A stretch of 64,000 nucleotides of DNA from Eledone cirrhosa (lineage: Eukaryota): the NCBI GenBank assembly GCA_964016885.1, contig OZ024763.1, positions 23,994,001 to 24,058,000 of the forward strand. Reading direction: 5' to 3'. The position numbers and the translations under genes were made by a program. The notes beneath the pieces were generated by a model that saw only the letters and a list, made by a program, of their open reading frames with translations, was not told where the DNA came from and searched no databases. Positions 52,867 to 64,000 of the stretch are shown in pieces. How positions within the stretch are numbered: position 1 is the first letter of the stretch; each line of letters begins with the position of its first letter.

Positions 52867-53605
52867 GGCTAGAAAAGGCTTCTCCCTCAGAATGAAAGGC
52901 AGAATATATGATGTGTGCGTATGTACAGCTATGTTACACGGTAGTGAGTCTTGAGTGCTGTGTGCAGAAGACTTGCATAGATTGGAAAGAAATGAAGCCT
53001 GCATGCTCCAATGGATGTGTAATAGTAATATGCGAGAACGGCAAAGCATAAATGAACTGAGGGAGAAACTAGGCATAAGAGGAATCAAATGCTGTGTGCA
53101 GGAGAGTAGATTGCTTTGGTGTGGACATGTGTTGCGTATGAAGGATGACGACTGCATAAAAAGGTGCAGAAGAGTGGTCAAAGTCATTGGAAGCTTTGGA
53201 GTGGGGAGACCCAGGAAGACCTGGGATGAGGTGATAAAAGCCGACCTTGCCCAATTGCACCTCTCAGAGGAGATGACACATGATCGGGATCTCTGGCGAT
53301 GTGCAATAATACAGAAGACCCAACTTCCCATGAGCACAAGCTGAAGCATATGTACAGTATGCCCCGCCCCAACACCCCCGCCCAGCCCACACTGTAAAGT
53401 GAACGTGTAAAAGACACGACAAAAAGCACCCAGCCCACACTGTAAATGTGGTTGGCGTTAGGAAAGGTATCCAGGCGTAGAGAACCAGCCCAAAACACCC
53501 CTATTTGTGCGAGACACAGTCACCCGACACAACTTACCTTCAAACAGGACCTGACTAACGTGGAAGATGGACGTTAATCAATGATGATGATGATGATGAT
53601 GATGA
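52867..53605 (+). mobile_element. 5'-truncated RTE LINE (second subfamily) with a SINE-domain 3' UTR
   Basis: [43 protein letters not shown]...[12 protein letters not shown]...KTQLPMSTS*, then ggttggcgttaggaaaggtatcc and (TGA)n. Confidence 0.85.
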
Positions 53606-53621
53606 TTATATAGATATGTAT

Positions 53622-54012
53622 ATCATCATCATCACTATTTTACGTCCGTTCTTTCACGCTAGCATGAGTTAGACAGGTTGTCCTGTTGTGGGCAGTGTCC
53701 GGTCAGCTGACCTTGTCTTGCTCATACGGGAACTGATTCTGGCTTGATTTCTACAGCTGGATGCCCTTCCTAACACCAACCTCATTCACAGTGAGTGCTG
53801 GGTGCTTTTTTGCCGTGGCACCTCCACGACCACTTTGCAGTGGAATGATAGGGACCCCAGTCCCTATCAACTCATTTTCACAGCTAAGTAAACTGGAGCA
53901 ATGTGAAATAAAGTGTCTTGCTCAAGGAAACAACACATCACCCGGTCCGAGAATTGAACTCACAACCTTTCGATTGCAAGCCCAATGCTCTAACCACTAA
54001 GCCATGTGCCTT
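53622..54012 (-). mobile_element. SINE family A, full length, long-tail variant
   Basis: Head near 54012; long tail as in 2190-2300. Confidence 0.9.
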
Positions 54013-54074
54013 CACATGGCTGATGTAATACTCACGTTTTCTTTTTGTCACATATATATATATGAAAAGATTCA

Positions 54075-54215
54075 GAACCTCGACGGCTGAGCTCTGGTCG
54101 TATCGACAGCTAGATCCGAACTCCTGAACTTTTCCATATTACCCACTCTACCATCCCAAGTATCGAGTACTCTGGTACATTATGGTCTACCTGGTTTTTA
54201 CCACACCCTATCTGA
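54075..54215 (+). mobile_element. Diverged copy of the 5189-5392 element in (TA)n
   Basis: cgacggctgagctc...tattacccactctac...gtatcgagtactctgg. Confidence 0.6.
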
Positions 54216-54534
54216 TATATATATATATAGATATGTATGTAAAAAGTAAACAGAAATAACAAAACAAATGGCACAGTACATTGAAGAAATATATTAGTTT
54301 AACGCTTGAAATAATAGGAAAAGAGTTAACGCTTCAGACAATACTCCTTCATCAAAAGATAGAGTTAGAAATAACATAAAATAGAAAGATGAAGAGTGAG
54401 AAGAGAAAGGAACTGAAAAAAAATGACAAAAAGAAAGCGTGAGTATTACATCAGCCATATCTCTATCTATAGTTGAGGTTGTTTAATGTGTAACATGCAA
54501 ACACATATGTATGTGACAAAGACAATAATATCAT

Positions 54535-54770
54535 TAATAATAATAATAATTTCTACTATAGGCACAAGGCCAGCAATATTGGGGGGGGGGGAGGGGAAAG
54601 TCGATTAAATTGATCCCAGTGCATTACTGGTACTTTATTTTATCAACTCCCATAAGGATGAAAGGCAAAGTTAACCTCAGCGAGATTTGAAATCAGATCA
54701 TAAAGGGCCATAACTCTATGCTGCAAAAGCATGGCATCCGACCGTCTACCGATACTGCCAATCCCCCACC
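54535..54770 (-). mobile_element. SINE family B, full length
   Basis: Reverse complement of the 30003-type copy, flanked by AAT repeats. Confidence 0.85.
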
Positions 54771-54988
54771 CTCTTATTAACAATAACAATAGTAATAAAT
54801 ATATTACACACAGTTATTGGTGATAGAAAGGGCATTGAACCTTAGAAAACCTGCCAAATAAAAGGTTGCTAGGACTCTTCAGCTGTGCCTAAGACATGAT
54901 AACCTCCCTAATGTTGGTGATCTACATAATAAAATGCACTTGGTAGAGCATAGAAATGTATATAAGTGAAATGCAGGCCACTGCTTAA

Positions 54989-55208
54989 CCCTTTAGCATT
55001 CACATTCCTCTATATTTACTATTGTATTTTCATGGTAAACATTTTATCTCACATAAATATCTCACATAATATTGAATCTATGATATTTGATATTATTCAT
55101 TTTGCGAAGAATACCTTAACATAAGTACGAGAGGCCAGTTACAGCTGGTTTAAACAGAAAAAGGTGAGAGAATTCTGGTCGGATATGGCCGGTTTAAATG
55201 CTAAAGGG
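54989..55208. mobile_element. piggyBac-like MITE with TTAA TSD
   Basis: TTAA|ccctttagcatt...aatgctaaaggg|TTAA. Confidence 0.8.
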
Positions 55209-55238
55209 TTAAGTAGTGATGTGGTTTGTGAAGACATA

Positions 55239-55403
55239 CCGTATTTCCCGGTGTCGAAGACGGTATATTTTCCTAAAATAGGTCTCAAAAATCTACCATG
55301 TGTCCTGGAGACCGAAGGTTATTCATTTTTTTTCAAAATCTTTGGTTGTCAAAATTAGGGTGCGTCCTCAAGGATGAAGCGGCTTCGGCGCCGCAAAATA
55401 TGG
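55239..55403. mobile_element. Tc2/pogo-like MITE with TA TSD
   Basis: TA|ccgtatttcccggtgtcgaag...cttcggcgccgcaaaatatgg|TA, imperfect 21-bp TIRs. Confidence 0.7.
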
Positions 55404-55774
55404 TATGTATAGGCCGTAACTCCCAAGGGAGTTGTAGGAGGGTCATATTAACATACATCGTTTCTAGAGCATTTAAAAAAAAAACAACCTGTATTGAGTC
55501 CATCTCCTCTCCAGGACTCAATACAGTAGATTTCTTCCAGAGAAGGATAGAGAGAGTGGGAGAAAGGAAGTGAGAACGAGATATAGAGGAAGATTTGACC
55601 CCAGTACAAGACTGGTACTTTTTTTTATTGACCTTGAATGAATGAACAGCAAAGTACAGTGGGAGAAAGGAAGCGAGAAAGAGATATAGAGGAAGATTTG
55701 ACCCCAGTATTTGACTGGTACTTGTTTTTGTCGCCCTAACATGAAAAACAGACTTTAAATGATGATGAACACAA

Positions 55775-55990
55775 TAATAGTTTCAGATTTAGGCACAAAG
55801 TCAACAATTTTGGGGGAGGACAAAGTTGATTAAATCAACACCAGTGCATTACTGGTACTTTATTTTATCAACCCCGTAAGGATGAAAGGCAAAGTTAACC
55901 TCGGCGGGATTTGAACTCAGAACGTAAAGGGATGTAACTATATGCTATAAAGCATGTTGTCCGACGCTCTTCCGGTAATGGCCAATCCAC
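55775..55990 (-). mobile_element. SINE family B
   Basis: Reverse complement of a full element. Confidence 0.85.
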
Positions 55991-56060
55991 CCCACCCCAC
56001 CCCACCCCATCCCCTGATGACCACAGAAATAGTGAGAGATAGCGAAAAATCCTGACTTAC

Positions 56061-56124
56061 CTGGCGGACACGATTCTAGATTTTTTTTACATTTTGAATT
56101 GGAACTTCCAGCAACCATGATGGC
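56061..56124 (-). CDS. Exon of a putative TNF-receptor-superfamily-like gene (probable signal-peptide end and start of the Cys-rich domain): AIMVAGSSNSKCKKNLESCPP(G)
   Basis: Minus strand reads tgtgttctttgttgtAG|gccatcatgg...ccgccag|GTAAGT: strong acceptor and consensus donor. The 64 nt are open, end in phase 1, and complete CPP-G when joined to the 10344 exon. Confidence 0.75.
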
Positions 56125-56249
56125 CTACAACAAAGAACACATTGATAAGGATGAGGAGGAGGAGGTGGAGGTGGGTGGTGGTGAAGATGATGATGACGAT
56201 GACGGTGATGATGATGATGGTGATGGTGATAATGATGATGAAGATGGTA

Positions 56250-56437
56250 ATAATAATTATTTCTACTTTTGGCACATTATCCCAGTTGTATTACTGGTAC
56301 TTTATTTTATCGACCCCCCCGTAAGGATGAGAGGCAAAGTTAACCTCGGCGGGATTTGAACTCAGAATGGCAAGGGCCGTAACTCTATGCATCAAAGCAT
56401 GGTGTCCGACGCTCTACCGATACTGCCAATCCACCGC
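56250..56437 (-). mobile_element. SINE family B, full length
   Basis: Reverse complement of 29777-29975. Confidence 0.85.
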
Positions 56438-56475
<38 letters not shown>

Positions 56476-57441
56476 TTTCATTTATTAGCCACAAGGGCCG
56501 ACATGTAGGGGACAATACAAAGACAGGGACAGTGGGGGTTTACAATAAGGTCGAGTAAAAGTGCACAATGGCAAAACTAATTTAACAATGAAAATATAAA
56601 AATATAAAATAAACTATGCAAAATATAACAAAATAAATTCCCCGATAGGGGGGTGGACGACCCTGGGGTGATTCGGGTACCCCACCAATCCTGAACCACC
56701 CTGCGCTTCTAGGGCACCCAGGAGAGCACCCCTCTCCTCAAGTTAGCCAGCCTATAGGCGCATGGTCAGAGTAGGCCCATTCACACGAGCCATTCTCGCC
56801 ACATTCACCCACCTTTTAGCAAATGTACTGGGGGGCAGCACTTCTCTCTCCACCCTCACCCTCCTTTCCAGGTGAAACTTGAAGAAGTTGATGAGGGATT
56901 GGCCGAAGAGAAAAGTGTCTGTCTTTAGTCCTTTCAACCTGGTCCACCATATAATCTCTTTCGCAACTGCCACCAGACAGAGGAAAATGTCCTGCTCTTC
57001 CTGACCTAAGGAAGGTGGCGGCTCGATCCTCACTATGGACTCGGCCGATAACCGGATTCGTTCCACACGCGACAGTAGCTGTTCGACATAACTCCACAAG
57101 TCAGTAATGCACGGACATTGGACAAGTGCGTGCAGAACGGTTTCGTCGTTCTGTGCGCATCTTGGGCAGGTCCGTCTGACAGCACTTCCGTGCCTGTAGA
57201 GTTTATCCCGAACCGGCAGTGCCCCCCGGTAGCACTGCCAAGCGAGGGATTTCTGGAAATTGTCCATCGTCCCCGGCTCAAAAGTCCTCCGGTACAGACT
57301 GGTCAGTTCGACTTCGTCGAGGCCCAAAGCTTCTCCGAGTGCGTCATCGCACTTGCCCACCACTAATCCTCTATAGAACTCGAGAGTGGAAGTTCCACTG
57401 ATCGCATTGCCCGCTTGGTAGAGGGCAGTGAGTGCCTGGCA
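56476..57441 (-). mobile_element. 5'-truncated L1/Tx1-like LINE (ORF2 C-terminus with zf-RVT motif, plus 3' UTR)
   Basis: Open frame to the stop at 56752: AWQCYRGALPVRDKLYRHG...CPRCAQNDETVLHALVQCP. AATAAA lies at 56486-56481, and aataataataataatga flanks both sides. Confidence 0.85.
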
Positions 57442-57584
57442 AATAATAATAATAATGACTTCCATATAAGTCACGAGATTGTACAAATAAAATAAATGTT
57501 ATATTTAAACAGAAGAATTACAATACATGTCAGGGTCTACTACAACAAACATATCTGAGTAAAGTATTACTTTGTATATATTCT

Positions 57585-57632
<48 letters not shown>

Positions 57633-57851
57633 CACACACACATATATACACACACACATATTTATATATACCCACACACATATATATATGTACCCACACA
57701 CAAACATATATACATACACATATACACACACACACATATATACATACATACATATATATACACACACAAACACACACACATATATATATATACATACATA
57801 TATATATATATACACACATACACACACACACACACATATATATATATTATA

Positions 57852-57892
57852 GCTCTGACGAATCCTACGGTTAAGGAAGAAACATTGTAAGC
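57852..57892 (+). ncRNA. Minimal type I hammerhead ribozyme-like motif
   Basis: gct-CUGACGA-a-uccu[acgguua]agga-a-GAAA-C[auu]GUA-agc: stem I gct/agc, 4-bp stem II with a non-paired closing position, 1-bp stem III. AATAAA follows. Confidence 0.5.
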
Positions 57893-58181
57893 CAATAAAA
57901 ATCTTTTGATGTTGTAGACGCTCTTGTGTTCTTTATCATATATATATATATATACATGATGGCTGCCCCCTCGTTATCGAGTATGGCCATTGCACGAGGA
58001 GGAAAAAAAAAAAAAATTAATAAATAAATAAAAAAGAAAATAAATATATATACATACATACATACATACATATACACACACAAACACACACACATATATA
58101 TATACATACATATATATAAATACACACAAACACACACACACACATATATATATACATATATATATGTATGTATACACACAA

Positions 58182-58212
<31 letters not shown>

Positions 58213-58289
58213 CATACATGCATATATATATACACACAAACACACACATATATACATATACATACATATACACACACAAACACACACAT

Positions 58290-58320
<31 letters not shown>

Positions 58321-58400
58321 CATACATATATATACACACACACATATATATACATACATACATATATATACACACACAAACACACATACACACACAAACG

Positions 58401-58442
<42 letters not shown>

Positions 58443-58589
58443 CATACATATATATACACACACAAACACTCACACACACATATATATATATAGATACATA
58501 CATATATATACACACACAAACACACATATATATATATACATACATACATATACACACACAAACACACACACATATATACACACACACAA

Positions 58590-58642
<53 letters not shown>

Positions 58643-58907
58643 CATATATATACACACACAAACACACACACACATATATATACATACATATATATACACA
58701 CACAAACATACACACACAAATATATATACACATACAAACACTCCACATATATATATATATATACACACATACACACGTCTGTGTGTATGTGTGCTGGAGA
58801 GGACCCGACCCACCCATGCAAGCAGGGAAAAGTGGACTAAAATGATAATGATGATATATATATATATAAATAGAGGGGGGAGGGGCAACTTAACAATAAA
58901 ATATGTG

Positions 58908-58941
<34 letters not shown>

Positions 58942-59244
58942 CACATATTTTACATCCGTTTTCCATGGTGGCATTGGCTGTATGGGTCATGATGGTCTGA
59001 GGAAATGATGAGATGAATAACCACATATACACATGCATGCAAACAAATATATATATACATATATATATACACACATTAAATAGAAATCAATATGTTCATA
59101 TATACCACACAAGCATATTTCTGACACTGATTGAGCACTTTATGATTTTGGCCACTGATATATATATATACATACATACATACATATATATATAAATCTA
59201 TATATAACAACAGCAGAGCAGAATATATATACACATATGTTTGA

Positions 59245-59280
<36 letters not shown>

Positions 59281-59425
59281 GTTTGAATCTATATATATAT
59301 ATATTCATGAATATACATGCAACAATTGCAGAACAGTATATATACATTTATACATACATACATAAGTATTTATATAAATAAATATATGCAACAATTGCAG
59401 AGCAGTGTTGTCTGTGTGTGTGTGT

Positions 59426-59475
<50 letters not shown>

Positions 59476-59609
59476 ATGTATGTATATATATATACATACA
59501 TACATACACACACACGTCTATACAACAACTGCAGAACAAGAGATTCATGAACTAAGGATGGAAGCAAAGAAAACGTTTCATCATAGATATATGGCAGACA
59601 GATAGTTTC

Positions 59610-61030
59610 TATGACAGATATGTATAGCTTTGGTAGACATAGATATATAGAGTAGAGATAGATAGATAAAGTAGTGATAGATATATAGAGTAGAGATAGG
59701 TATATATATATAGTAGAGCTAGGTATCTAGTGTAGAGATAGATATATAGAGTAGAGATAGAGAAGAAATAGATAGCTATAGTAGAGATAGATATATAGAG
59801 ATAGATATATAGAGTAGAGATAGAGAAGAAATAGATAGCTATAGTAGAGATAGATATATAGAGTAGAGATAGATATATAGAGTAGAGATAGATAGCTATA
59901 GTAGACATAGATGTATAGAGTAGAGATAGATATATAGAATAGAGATAGATATATAGAGTAGAGATAGATATATAGTGTAGAGATAGATATATAGAGCAGA
60001 GATAGATATATAGAGTAGAGATAGATATATATATATAGTAGAGATAGGTATATAGTGTAGAGATAGATATATAGAGTAGAGCTATATAGAGTAGAGATAG
60101 AGAAGAAATAGATAGCTATAGTAGAGATAGATATATAGAGTAGAGATAGAGAAGAAATAGATAGCTATAGTAGAGATAGATATATAGATTAGAGATAGAT
60201 ATATAGAGTAGAGATAGATATATAGTGTAGAGATAGATATATAGAGTAGAGATAGATATATAGAGTAGAGATAGATATATAGAGTAGAGATAGATATATA
60301 GAGTAGAGATAGATAGCTATAGTAGACATAGATGTATAGAGTAGAGATAGATATATATATATATAGTAGAGATAGGTATATAGTGTAGAGATAGATATAT
60401 AGAGTAGAGATAGATATATAGAATAGAGATAGATATATAGAGTAGAGATATATATATATAGAGTAGAGATAGATATATAGTGTAGAGATAGATATATAGA
60501 GTAGAGATAGATATATAGAGTAGAGATAGATATATAGAGTAGAGATAGATATATAGAGTAGAGATAGATATATAGAGTAGAGATAGATATATAGATTAGA
60601 GATAGATATATAGAGTAGAGATAGATATATAGAGTAGAGATATATATATATATAGTAGAGATAGGTATATAGTGTAGAGATAGGTATATAGTGTAGAGAT
60701 AGATATATAGAGTAGAGCTATATAGAGTAGAGATAGAGAAGAAATAGATAGCTATAGTAGAGATAGATATATAGAGTAGAAATAGATATATAGAGTAGAG
60801 ATAGATATATAGAGTAGAGATAGATATATAGAGTAGAGATAGATATATAGTGTAGAGATAGATATATAGAGTAGAAATAGATATATAGATTAGAGATAGA
60901 TATATAGAGTAGAGATAGATATATAGTGTAGAGATAGATATATAGATTAGAGATAGATATATAGAGTAGAGATAAATTTATAGAGTAGAGATAGACATAT
61001 AGAGTAGAGATAGATAGAGATAAATATATA
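59610..61030. repeat. ~20-bp minisatellite (atagagtagagatagatat)
   Basis: Direct reading. Confidence 0.95.
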
Positions 61031-61144
61031 TAGAGAGAGTAAAGATATATAATTATGGCAAAGTCAGACGAAGGCTGAGAGAAAATAACCAATCTATGGC
61101 AAAGAGTAAATCAAAATACTGCATTTCTTTGTATTTAAATAAGA

Positions 61145-61370
61145 TTTGTGTATAATTTAACCTATGTTTCTGAAGCTAAAATATGAGGAATAGATTACCT
61201 CTTGTGTATAACATGAAGTATGTTTCTGAAATTAAAACATTGGAAATAGATGACAACTTGTGTATATGACCTCTGTTTCTGAAACTAAAAACTAGAAACA
61301 AACTATGACTTGTGTATAATATGATCTATGTTTCTGAAGTTGAAAAATGGGAAATAGATTATGTGTATTA
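61145..61370. repeat. Degenerate ~56-bp tandem repeat (~4 copies)
   Basis: tgtgtata...tgtttctgaa recurs. Confidence 0.75.
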
Positions 61371-61496
61371 TATCACTCTGGAGTACAGCCAGCATCATCA
61401 TCAACATTTAATATGTTTTCCCAACTAGCAAGAGTTAACAATGGTAAGGAAGATATATTAACACTCAATGAATGTATTTACAATTCTGCCATTTAA

Positions 61497-61694
61497 CCCT
61501 TATGATTTAAACTGGCTGTATCCGGCTAGAAGTCTCTCCCTTCTTTCTGTTTAAACCAGCTGCTCATACTGATATTACGGCATTGTTCTCAAAATACATA
61601 ATATCAAAATCTCATAGATTCGATATTATGCGAGGTAAAAGCCTTTACCGTGAAAATACAGTAGTATATATAGAGTAATGTAAATACTAAAGGG
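61497..61694. mobile_element. Diverged piggyBac-like MITE, inverted relative to 54989
   Basis: TTAA|ccctta...tactaaaggg. The internal tctgtttaaaccagctg is the reverse complement of 55142-55158. Confidence 0.6.
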
Positions 61695-62182
61695 TAAAAA
61701 CAAGACATTTTTAGTTTTAAAAAAATTTCAGAAAATATGTACTTGTATAAAAGACCCCTTAAGATTTCTATATATATTTTCTTTTTGTGCATTATTTTAG
61801 TTTAAAATTTCTCATATTATACATGAGAAAATACATTTGTAGTGGCTTACAAATGCTGCACCCTACTCTGACTTCACTGATACAAAGTGTGCTGGCAGTA
61901 AGTTTGGATAAGGGTGGGGTAAAGATGTGTAACAGAGTTGGATAAAATAACTGGGTACATTCCCTGGTAGCATCAATGTTGTCTGCCAAAAACATTGGAA
62001 GTGTTTACTGTTGGAAGGAAGGCGTTGATCCAAATCCTTTTGCTCTCTTTGAGTCGGCAGCTGATGAGAGAGGCATGTCATGAAGTGCAAGAAATAAATG
62101 CACACACAAGTATATATATATATGTGTGTGTGTGTGTGTATGTGTGCATGAGCATGCATGCGTATGTCTGTGTGTGTATGTA

Positions 62183-62229
<47 letters not shown>

Positions 62230-62565
62230 GCTTTATTTTTACATTTGTGCCCTTGAACAAACTATTGCATACACTAAATATAGGACTCAATACTGTTTGT
62301 AGTGTCAAAATAATATTTATTATTAATAATGGCTGTTTACTTTGAAATTCAGCCAATATTATTGGCTGACACACACACACAGTTCCACAACAAATTACCA
62401 AACCATACTCGAGGAAAAGTGTTTCACCAGAGGGATTTTCAACTAGTGCATGGTTATAGTGAGAATGGAAGTATATGTATGTATGTGTGTGTGTATATAT
62501 ATACACACACACACATACACACACATTTATATATCATCATCATTTTATGTCTGCTTTTCCCTGCT

Positions 62566-62607
<42 letters not shown>

Positions 62608-62841
62608 CAGAAACAAAATGGCGTAGGATAGAACAAAGGAGAGGTACAAAAACAAAAAAAAACAAAAAGAAAAGAATCCCCAGTCACTGAAGAGGTCACA
62701 GAATGTGTGACGAAAGAACTTTGACAATATATAAACAACTACCTGGTTGTGGAACCAACCAACCAACCAGAAATTTATAAAAGTGAAAGCAACTGGTGCA
62801 TGTGTTTCTTATTGGCAACATGACCCTCCCAAAGTATAACA

Positions 62842-62878
<37 letters not shown>

Positions 62879-63044
62879 AACATGCACACATATATATATA
62901 TCCCTATGTAGTTGATGGATGAGAGAAAAGAGTACTCAATACCACATTAGAGTTTTAATGTACTTGCCTGATGACCCCGTGATAAACAGTCGAAACTCCA
63001 GTGCAACAAGACTCCCTATTTAGCCCTATATATATTTATGTTGC

Positions 63045-63245
63045 CAAGAAATCGCAGTAGAGGAAGACCACAGAAAACGTGGGCGGAGGTGGTGAGAGCT
63101 GACCCCAGATCGCTGAAGCTCACAGAGGAAATGATGAAGGACCATGATGAATGGAGAGATGCTGTACTGAATAAGACCAGTCCCACCCTTGCAAGCAGGG
63201 AAAAGCGGACATAAAATGATGATGATGATGATGATGATGATGATA
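63045..63245 (+). mobile_element. RTE LINE 3' end sharing its terminus with SINE family A
   Basis: RGRPQKTWAEVVRADPRSLKLTEEMMKDHDEWRDAVLNKTSPTLASREKRT* followed by (TGA)n. Confidence 0.85.
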
Positions 63246-63409
63246 TATATATATATATATTCAGTGGGTATGTGTAGATAGATATATATACACAACATAC
63301 ATGTGACAATATATTTTCATTTTTTTTTCTTAAATATGTAAAGGTAAAATGCAACAGTTGGTTTTATAAAATGGCTAGAGCTGACCAGAGGTGAGGTCAG
63401 CACAGTACA

Positions 63410-64000
63410 GTGGTGGTGGTAGTGTGGTGTGGTCTATGGTGGTGTAGTGTGCTGTGTGGTCTATGGTGGTGTAGCGTGCTGTGTGGTGGTGTTGTGCTGG
63501 TCAGTGGTGGTGTGTAGTAGTCTGAGTTGTGTGGTGTGGTGTTGTGGTGTAGTGGTGGTGTAGCGTGGTTTGTGATGGTGGTCAATGGTAAGTACGGTGT
63601 GGTGGAGGGTAGTGGTGGTCAGTGGTGGTGTGGTGTGTGATAGTTGTCAGTGATGATGTGGTATGAATGGTGCTGTGGTATGCAGTGGTCAGAATCGAGT
63701 TGGTGCTGTGTGGTCAGTGGTGGTGGTATGGTGGTGTAGTGTGGTTTGTGATGGTAGTCAATGGTACATGGGGTGTGGTGTAGGGTACTAGTGGTCACCT
63801 TTGTGTCATATGCTGGTATGTAATGGCCAGAGTTGTGTGGTGTGGTCTGTGGTGGTGTAGTCGTTGTGTTAGAGGACAGTGGTGGTCTGTGGTAGTGTGG
63901 TGTGGTGAGGTCAGTGGTGGTATAGTCATGGTGTTAGAGGACAGTGGTGGTCTGTGGTAGTGTGGTGTGGTGAGGTCAGTGGTGGTGTAGTCACGGTATT
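63410..64000. repeat. GTG-rich degenerate minisatellite
   Basis: Direct reading. Confidence 0.85.

Overview
Eukaryotic, AT-rich and extremely repeat-dense DNA. The SINE, RTE and (TA)n/(CA)n/(GAT)n content looks like an octopod cephalopod genome (inferred from recalled repeat motifs, not a database hit). Almost every long ORF in the track is a microsatellite or minisatellite artefact. The only host gene I can support is on the minus strand: two small phase-matched exons (56124-56061 and 10344-10242) separated by a ~45.7 kb intron. Spliced, they encode AIMVAGSSNSKCKKNLESCPPGHEMRECKEDRYCEQCEELAYQPNSNKFGDKCRL(R/S), a TNF-receptor-like cysteine-rich domain. The rest of the window holds three SINE families (labelled A, B, C here), 5'-truncated LINE remnants (several RTE types, R4/Dong-like, CRE-like, Tx1/L1-like), MITEs (piggyBac-, Tc2- and Tigger-like) and fold-back elements in (TA)n that carry hammerhead-ribozyme motifs (Penelope-like by inference). 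Three patterns stand out: RTE LINEs whose 3' UTR contains a SINE domain, a SINE/LINE pair sharing a 3' tail, and at least eight minisatellites expanded from internal pieces of TEs. All family assignments come from reading by eye; coordinates of degenerate repeats are approximate.
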